This document shows, in pieces, positions 10,426 to 18,100 of a stretch of 64,000 nt of DNA. Both the position numbers and the translations under genes were made by a program. Under the pieces are notes generated by a model that saw only the letters and a program-made list of their open reading frames with translations, was not told where the DNA came from and ran no database searches. Origin of the DNA: Botryllus schlosseri (taxonomy: Eukaryota). The stretch is taken from the NCBI GenBank assembly GCA_051294905.1, contig CM119379.1, positions 18,910,001-18,974,000 on the forward strand, written 5' to 3'. Positions within the stretch are counted from its first letter, which is position 1. Every line of letters begins with the position of its first letter.

Positions 10426-11166
10426 AGCAGATGAAATTTTGAAACCACAAAAGCTCAAACTCACCATTGCCGCAAGCAGATCATCGCACCAATAGATTCC
10501 GCTCCTAGACTAACGCAAGTCTACATGGATATCTGGAACACCACATGGCGACAATTACATTTCGAAAGACCGATCTGATCAGTCATGATCACACTTTCCA
10601 GAAGGCGACCAAAAATAACTAACAAGTTTCGCATATTGGCACCATTGGAGGCCGCCACGAGTCGCAAACAAGCCCGAGACGGTACTATGATATGCCGTTA
10701 ATATCGGCCGCCGCCGTTGTGGACTTCAGTTTGCTGCCACTTGCAAAACGCATGAAGGGCAAACCAGCCCGCACAGACAGCAAGCAGTCATAACGACGGC
10801 GGCCTCAACAGCTTATATGACAGGCTATCACAGTTAAACACAAAATACCACACACCATCAAGGAAGATAAGTGCTCACCGTCTGGTAGAACCAGGACATC
10901 CGAAGTTAAATGGGATGAAGCCTGAAACAGAGGAGTCCCGTCATCACGTTGTCGGCAGAGCAATACACAACACCGGTATTTCTAGACCAGCGCTACACCT
11001 AGGCCCTACAGATTCGACAGAAATTTGCCACGACATTGATATATGCCATACGGTTTTGCATGCACAGCACTGTTGCTGGCATAAAACCAGAAAGGCAACT
11101 GTCCGAAACAATACAATCAAAATCAGAACAATAACCCACTCGTTACATCATGGAGGTTAAACGTAC

Positions 11167-12155
11167 GGTAACCGGTGAACTCGGCCCATGACGAACTCGG
11201 CCTATGACAAACTCGGCCTATGACAAACTCGGCGAACTCGGCCTATGAACAACTCGGCCCATGGTGAATTTGTTAATAAAAATTATTATAAATGTCGTGA
11301 ATTGTATTGTGTGGAGACAATGGTGAATTGGTGGTGATGGACATGTCGTATGAATGTTATTATCAATGGGGGCAGTATCGTCAAGGAATAGGGCCTAGAC
11401 AGAAAAAAACCGCCTTGCACCAACTCAACTATTAATGTGAATTATATTACATAATTATATTATTATCAAGTGATTAGGTTAGGGTTATGATTAGGGTTAG
11501 GTTAGGGTTATGATTAGGGTTAGGTTAGGATTAGGTTAGGACTAGGGTTAGGTTAGGATTAGGATTAGGATAAGGGTTAGGATTAGGTTAGGGTTATGAT
11601 TAGGGTTATGATTAGGCTTAGGTTAGGGTTAGGATTATGATTAGGTTAGGATTAGGATTATGATTAGGGTTAGGATTAGGGTTAGGGTCCAACACTCCCA
11701 AATTAACCATTTTCTCCGACAAATAATACAATTTACGACGTTGATGATCATTCATACTAAGAATTCCCCCACGGGCCAAGTTGGTCATAGGCCGAGTTTG
11801 TCATGGGCCGAATTCGTCATAGGCTGCGTTCATCATGGGCCGAGTTCGTCATAGGCCGAGTTCGTCATGGGCCGAGTTCGTCATGGGCCGAGTTCGTCAT
11901 GGGCCGAGTTCACTGGCAATCCCCACGTGTTATGACGGCGGCAAGTAAAACTTCAAATTCTGAGAACTGCAATACTGCCCTCCCCCAGCATTCGTACGAC
12001 ATGTCCATCACTCCCAAATTAACCATTTTCTCCGACAAATACTACAATTTACGACGTTTATAATCATTAATACTAAGAAATTCCCCACGGGCCGAGTTCG
12101 TCATGGGCCGAGTTCAATAGGCCGAATTCGTCATGGGCCGAGTTCACTGGCATTC
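11167..12155. mobile_element. Non-autonomous DNA transposon with 8-bp TSD and modular TIRs (Merlin-like)
   Basis: TSD aaacgtac at 11159-11166 and 12156-12163. Ends ggtaaccggtgaactcggccc / gggccgagttcactggcattc. 16-bp tandem subrepeats (gggccgagttcgtcat) at both ends in inverted orientation; right-end module duplicated (11698-11920 and 12010-12155). The Merlin assignment (GGNRM end, 8-bp TSD) is inference. Confidence 0.7.
11473..11688 (+). repeat. Degenerate telomere-like (TTAGGG/TTAGGA/TTAGG)n tract inside the transposon
   Basis: Read directly from the sequence. Confidence 0.92.
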
Positions 12156-12303
12156 AAACGTACAGGGTGGATCCTGCCTTTGAATGATTTCATCTGGGCC
12201 AAGTACACTTATAATTGCCTGTATTGTCTGCCAACTCGAAATTCAATACTAGATACTTTCACGGAAATAATATATACCTCAAGACAGCCAATATCAATTC
12301 AAT

Positions 12304-12359
12304 TCATGCTTTCTACAAGGCACACGTGTCGTCATTCAGTTCACTACTCTTGACATCAA
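12304..12359 (-). ncRNA. SNORD75: Degenerate SNORD75-like C/D snoRNA copy
   Basis: TTGATGT-caagagtagtgaa-CTGA; paralog of 12521-12581 with an eroded box C, guide and terminal box D. Confidence 0.5.
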
Positions 12360-12520
12360 CGGGAGTAGAAATTAATCCCGTCAACCATTGCACTTACCTT
12401 GATCAAGCCTGAAATACTCGAGCTGTACGGAATCCATGTCTCAAAAATATCTGAAATGATATCGAGCGACTAATCATTAAATCATACTAAAGCGGCGACC
12501 TTTTCAAGCAGTCAACAACC

Positions 12521-12581
12521 TCAGTAATTTTTTGTTTTCTACAAGGCACAGGTGCCGTTCAGTCCACTACTCTGACATCAT
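12521..12581 (-). ncRNA. SNORD75: Box C/D snoRNA, SNORD75/U75-like
   Basis: ATGATGT-CAGAGTAGTGGA-CTGA(D')...CTGA(D), 61 nt. Guide is complementary to 28S CCACUACUCUGA; the D'+5 rule gives the C equivalent to human Cm4054 (older numbering Cm4032), the U75 target as recalled. Confidence 0.82.
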
Positions 12582-12928
12582 CGGAATTACAGATAGATCT
12601 GGACAAACAAACATTCAACCCACCTTGACAAAACTTCAATCGTTCAACTGCTTCACTGCAAAAAGAGAAAAAATATTGTTTAATGAATTCAGTTTGTTGC
12701 TCACTAATAGTTAGCCACAGTTTCTAGGTCAAAACTAGAAGATCACTTAAGAATGTAGCCAAGATAAAATTTACTCAGAAACGACCCTTACCTTTTACAC
12801 AATCAGATGCAGACTGCTGCCAACTCAACATGCACCTCTTGATCAGAGTTAACTACACAAACTGGAAAATTAGATAGATGATCACATGGGGAAAGTTACG
12901 GTCACCTTCATTCTTGCATTTTCATAGC

Positions 12929-12988
12929 TCAGAAAAGACCTCTCTCCACAGTTGAAAATTCAGATAGGGCAAGTCAATAAATCATCCC
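12929..12988 (-). ncRNA. SNORD103: SNORD103-like C/D snoRNA copy a (box C GGGATGA)
   Basis: Guide GACTTGCCCT + AT-CTGA(D'), complementary to 18S AGGGCAAGUC; terminal CTGA 67 nt from the acceptor. Confidence 0.65.
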
Positions 12989-13170
12989 GGCGCAAAATTT
13001 CAATGGATGCAGTCTCTTCAACCACACTCACCTCGTAATCACCTTCAGCGACGATCCAACAATTGCATATGTAGATCGACCAGTCCACACCACATGGTAC
13101 TGAGAAAGACAAAATACAAACTGAAACAACTGCCAAGCTGTGGCACCAGCAGGCTGCAGTCCAATACAGC

Positions 13171-13227
13171 TCAGAATAGACTCCACAACACTTCAAGTTC
13201 AGATAGGGCAAGTCAATTAATCATCTT
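13171..13227 (-). ncRNA. SNORD103: SNORD103-like copy b (box C AAGATGA)
   Basis: Same guide and D'; CTGA 71 nt from the acceptor; box C degenerate. Confidence 0.65.
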
Positions 13228-13409
13228 TGCCTGCCAAAGAATTCAATATCATCAATCACACTCACCTCAAAACCATTTCCAAGATGCAGCAGATGATCAC
13301 TCGACCAACGCCCAGCCCACTGAATTCTGACGATTTCACTGAAAAAGATGATAGCTGAAACAAACATAATTGTCAAACTACAATCTGGCAGACTAAGATT
13401 CAATACAGC

Positions 13410-13464
13410 TCAGAATAGACTCCTCAACACAAATTCAGATAGGGCAAGTCAAACAAATCATCAC
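13410..13464 (-). ncRNA. SNORD103: SNORD103-like copy c (canonical boxes)
   Basis: GTGATGA...GACTTGCCCTAT-CTGA...CTGA with a short terminal stem (cggc/gctg); D'+5 points to the 18S G equivalent to human Gm601 (recalled numbering). Confidence 0.8.
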
Positions 13465-14259
13465 AGCCGCCAGCCTGTTGATTATTGCATCACAGAAACA
13501 CTCACCTGAAATCTACTTTTTACTTGCCAATCATCGTTGAGATGTTCAATAAGCTGAAGATAAAATGAAGGAATCAATATTGCATGATATGAACTGGTAA
13601 ATGCTGTTTCAACTTCTAATAATCAACTTAAACATTGCATTACAAGTAATAACAGCTGTTTGAATGAATAGGGTTCCCACGCATTTAAAAGACAAACAAA
13701 TTTGATGGCTTGATTGACACTGATTTATCAGTTATTTTCATTGTCCCATATTCAATCTATATTGTTTAAACAGATTAGATTAGATTCGTCGGAACGAGTT
13801 AAGATGGTCCGTGGGAACCCTGAAACATGAACCTGGAGATAAGTTTATTTACTTCATTAGCACAATATGAACATTGGTACTTTACCTTTCTGTTGCTACG
13901 GGACATCCTTCGCTTTGCTTCCGAACTTTATGCGAACATTTTTATTTATTTGTTGATCGTCTCGTGGTTAAGCTTCGCGGATTGCAGTGTTTTAGGATTT
14001 TTTTGCAATTGCCAATTTTTCAAGAAAAGCTGATTTAGCTCAAGAAAATTTTGGAATTTACACATGGTTCAGAGGTTGCACAGACGCCTTGCGATTTACA
14101 CTCTGAAAAAAGGCACTGGAACACGTCCATACGGCATTAAGTGATTGACGCTCTGCAACTGTAATAAACTCGGATGTCATTGTCGGAGATGAAATTCACG
14201 ACTGGCAATGAAATTGAGCTGACATTACAACATCCCTTACTAACCGTTATCTACTAAAT

Positions 14260-14726
14260 CAGTGGTTCTCAACCTTTTTAGCTTAGGGACAGGTAAAATT
14301 CAATGCAAATTTGTGATTACAGGGAATGTGTACAATTCAAACTTTCAATTCATTCAGTAATCTCCTGCTGCCTTTTGGATAATGCTCTCGATGTGCACAG
14401 GTGTCGACGAGGCAAAGTGCCGTTTTAGCCTTAACCTTGATTTTGACAGTTTAATTTCTTTTCGAGGACCAGCAACTTTGCTGTTTGTGATAGCCGCAAC
14501 CAATTTAGTTATGTGTTCATAGCTTTGACACATCTGGTAGCAGGATACTTAGAAAGTCTGTTGGCATATTAGCAGCCAAGTAAAAGACATGCTAAATCTG
14601 TTAGGAATTTGATGTTTCATTTCTTTAATAACCAATGAACAAGCTTCATTTTACATCTGCAACTGACATTAGAGTATTACATTTGGCTCACAGCGAGCTT
14701 CGTTGACCGGCGGTTGAGAACCACTG
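14260..14726. mobile_element. hAT-like MITE
   Basis: TIR cagtggttctcaacc / ggttgagaaccactg; TSD tactaaat / taccaaat (7/8). Confidence 0.85.
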
Positions 14727-15173
14727 TACCAAATTACATTCAGCTCTTCCAGTTTTCTTCTCAATAACCAGCGTCGCAGAGACCAAGTATTTTGTTCGGC
14801 GGCAGACTCAAATTTCTTGACGATAAGTATTTTTTATTAGTATAAACTCAATAAAAGACATCGAGCGACCAGCGAACGTTAGACGGCGACTCATCACATG
14901 TTACATTGTAAACGCCTGGAGACGGTAAAAGTTTATTGTCGCGCCACAATGGGGTGGTTATCAACAGTAAGTTCCTGTGTCCGATTCGGTATTTATCTCC
15001 GTCGAGAATCACCGCTCCATTTACAGTTGTTTTTTCAAAAAAATGATTGTTGTGTAAAAGATTATGCGATGGCTTGCCTATCGCAATTGGAACGATTTCT
15101 CAAATCGCATTTTTCGAGCCAGTTCAGTTCAATCGTTTGTCCCGCCATCGCTACTAACCGGGAAGCGTCCTGG

Positions 15174-18100
15174 TTAGTACGGTTTCTGCCTGCCCCTCGA
15201 CGAACCGCCTCCTCTGCCCATCTTCGAACGGAACGACTGCCCGCCGAATCCACTGGCATTGCTCGCGCCGGTGCCATTTCCGTAAGAACCTGAGAGAAAT
15301 AACATTGAAAATGCTGACCACGCAGGACAACGGTACTACACTGCAAAATTACCATAAACGTCTTGTCCATAGCTGAAATCTTCGTTGTAAGATCTGTGGA
15401 GTAGAGGATCAGAGAAATAGACAAGACACGGCATGAATAGAATTGATCACGCTTACCCGTCGCCAAAACCATCACCGCCAAATCCGCCATCGTAAGCGCT
15501 GTCAAAATTGTCACCGTAGCCTTCGTAGCTCTGATCAAACGAAGTTCCTCCATACCCATCGTAGCTCTGTAAGTTCAGCACATCAAACGTGCTATAAATT
15601 ACGTCCACAAGTGGGGAAGGGGATAACATATCAAGTATCCTACCACTATAGTCTTGATTACCAATTGTTAAATTTGCAAAGAGATACGGGATGACAAGCG
15701 GTCAGACTATTTGTTGTTGGTAGGGCTGGGTTATGAATCACATCAGTCAAATCACTCATTGTGACATCACAACAGAACATAATATGTCAAAGATCAAATG
15801 AGTATCTGTTATGCCGCCACACATAATATAAGGCCTGTCATCCATCACATTGAAGACACTAGGGCATTGTTTCGACCATACGGGTTGCATTGCACTTAAT
15901 GACAATGTTGTGGGATGATCATGACTTTGGAAATGGTTTTTTTCAGTATGTTCGTAGCTTTGTTTCGTACGCTGCAATACGGCAAATCAAAGTTACGAGA
16001 CTTCCACCAAATAAAAAGCATTTTAAATGCAGTTTTGCCTAACAGCTGCATACCGACCGTGACGTGTACTCACATAGTCCTCGGCAAAGTTTTCAGCAGC
16101 CGCAGCAGCCTGCTGCATCTGGGCAAAATTCTGCGACTGTCCGCGTCCCCTGCCTCGCCCTGAGTCAACAATTACAAAATTAACAATGACGGTGCAATCA
16201 CGTGGTACACATACCTCTACCTCCTCTCCCGCCGCCAGTAGCCCCACCGCCACGGCCTCCTCCGCCGCCTCTACCCCCTCTGGAAAAACTGCCGCCCCGC
16301 GGATTCTGCCCTCGTCCACCGCCGCCACGGCCTCCTCGGGCCCTGCCACGCATAGCCGGGTGAGACATGGCAGCCTGCATGCCGAATTGAGCTTCGGTGG
16401 CTTCGTCAACAACGAGTAGTTTTTGGATTTCGGCAGCAGCCCGACCGAGATTGACGAAAGCCTGAAACAAGTCACGTTGAAGGTTTGACTAACTGGAGTG
16501 CATCAATTCTGACTCTACTATTAGGCTCGAGTAAAGAGTACTTCAATAACACTCATGGAATCACAAGGCTGTAAATGATGTGCAAAGTTGAAATATGTTA
16601 ACTTATGCGACCACAAAGAAAAACAGTTCCAGTTCGAAATCACATTGAAGAAGATTTCAATTATTAACATTTCATTCTTCTTTACGCCAAATATAGCTAA
16701 AATGATGCATAAAGAACAAATATGCATCTTTTACGGGACCACAAACAAATTAAATGCAGTACAAGATCACATCGCAGATAATTGAAACACACATACTATA
16801 TAAACCTATGCTTTCATCTTTATGACAACACTGCATAGCTTTGTCATTTTCAAAAACGTGCATAATACCTTGTACGTTATGATCCAACAGATTTTGATTT
16901 CAAGGCTTATACAGTAGTATCATAACTTTACAACTTTCATTTATAAATTATAGCTTGGGTGGAAGGGGCGTTCAATTCGAGTACCCGAAACAAACTTCTC
17001 TCAGTATTCGAATGAAGAGTCTTCATATAGAGCAATTATCAATACTCAAATAATCGTGCCTATAATAGTCGCGTCCAAAATCTTGGGACAAGGCACACAA
17101 TGCAGACATATAGAATACCTGAGGCACTGGTCCGACAGCTGAGATGTGTACATGCAGAGGGTAGTTCAGATGACTGTATTTCTCGTCAAAGTCTTTAAGT
17201 TCCTCAGCCTAGACGTTAAAGCAACACTATAGCAGTAAGATCGGGCACGGCAGACAAGGGGCATCCCTAAAAGACGGAGAAGCGGAGGCAGCGGAGACAG
17301 CGGAGGCAGCGGAGAACGGACCCTAAAACGCGGAAGCAACGGAGACGGCAGAGAGAGCCAAAAATGGCGATTCCTAAAAGACGGAGACAGCGGACCTAGC
17401 GGAGAGCGGAGCTTTCGGTCATTAACCTTTATAGACACGCGCGACATAGCGGACGGATACTGAAAGCGGAGTTCGGGACCCTGCGAAATGGACATAGCGG
17501 ACGGTTATATAATATAGAAAGCGGAGATCAGGGCGTATCCGAAGATGTTTCGAAGCAGTGGAGAATAACGGAGAAGTCAGCCATGCAAGTTCAAGGCCAA
17601 TTGGGCGACTGATTGCCCGTCGATGAGATGACATAGCGGGCGGTTATATAGTACAAAGAAAGCGGAGTTCGGGGCGTATCGGAAGATGTTTCGAAGCAGT
17701 GGAGAATAACGGAGAAGTCAGCCATGCCAGTTCAAGGCCAATTGGGCGACTGATTGCCCATCGATGAGATGACATAGCAGACGGTTATATCGTTATAATA
17801 TACTGAAAGCGGAGTTTGGGGCGTAGCGAAATATATTTCGAAACAGCAGAGAATAACGGAGAAGTCAGCCATGCGAGTTTCAGGCCAATTTGGTGACTGA
17901 TTGCCCATCGATGAGATGACATAGCGGACGGTTATAATATACTGAAAGCGGAGTTCGGGGCGCAGCGAAATATATTTCGAAACAGCAGAGAATAACGGAG
18001 AAGTCAGCCATGCGAGTTTCAGGCCAATTTGGTGACTGATTGCCCATCGATGAGATGACATAGCGGACGGTTATAATATACTGAAAGCGGAGTTCCAGGG

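Larger units (their letters stand above)
6730..14115 (-). ncRNA. Spliced non-coding polycistronic snoRNA host gene (GAS5/UHG-like)
   Basis: Many short exons with canonical GT..AG sites on the minus strand, e.g. 7063-7147, 7346-7426, 7618-7681, 7879-7940, 8149-8229, 8419-8480, 8679-8729, 8933-9010, 9695-9756, 9959-10042, 10223-10280, 10465-10504, 10879-10921, 12398-12408, 12624-12655, 12792-12861. The one exon pair I translated (7346-7426 into 7063-7147) has a stop in every frame. Introns carry C/D snoRNAs mostly 65-77 nt upstream of the 3' splice site. AATAAA at 6750-6755. The 5' end is uncertain (donor at 13885; pyrimidine TOP-like candidates at about 14010 and 14113). Confidence 0.82.

Noticed and set aside
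11473-11688. True telomere or chromosome end
   Set aside because: Degenerate, internal, and enclosed by TIRs and a TSD.
14898-16475. ORFs 14898..15293, 15062..15559, 16023..16475, 16186..16419 as separate genes
   Set aside because: They are alternative frames or antisense shadows of the GC-rich KHDRBS exons.
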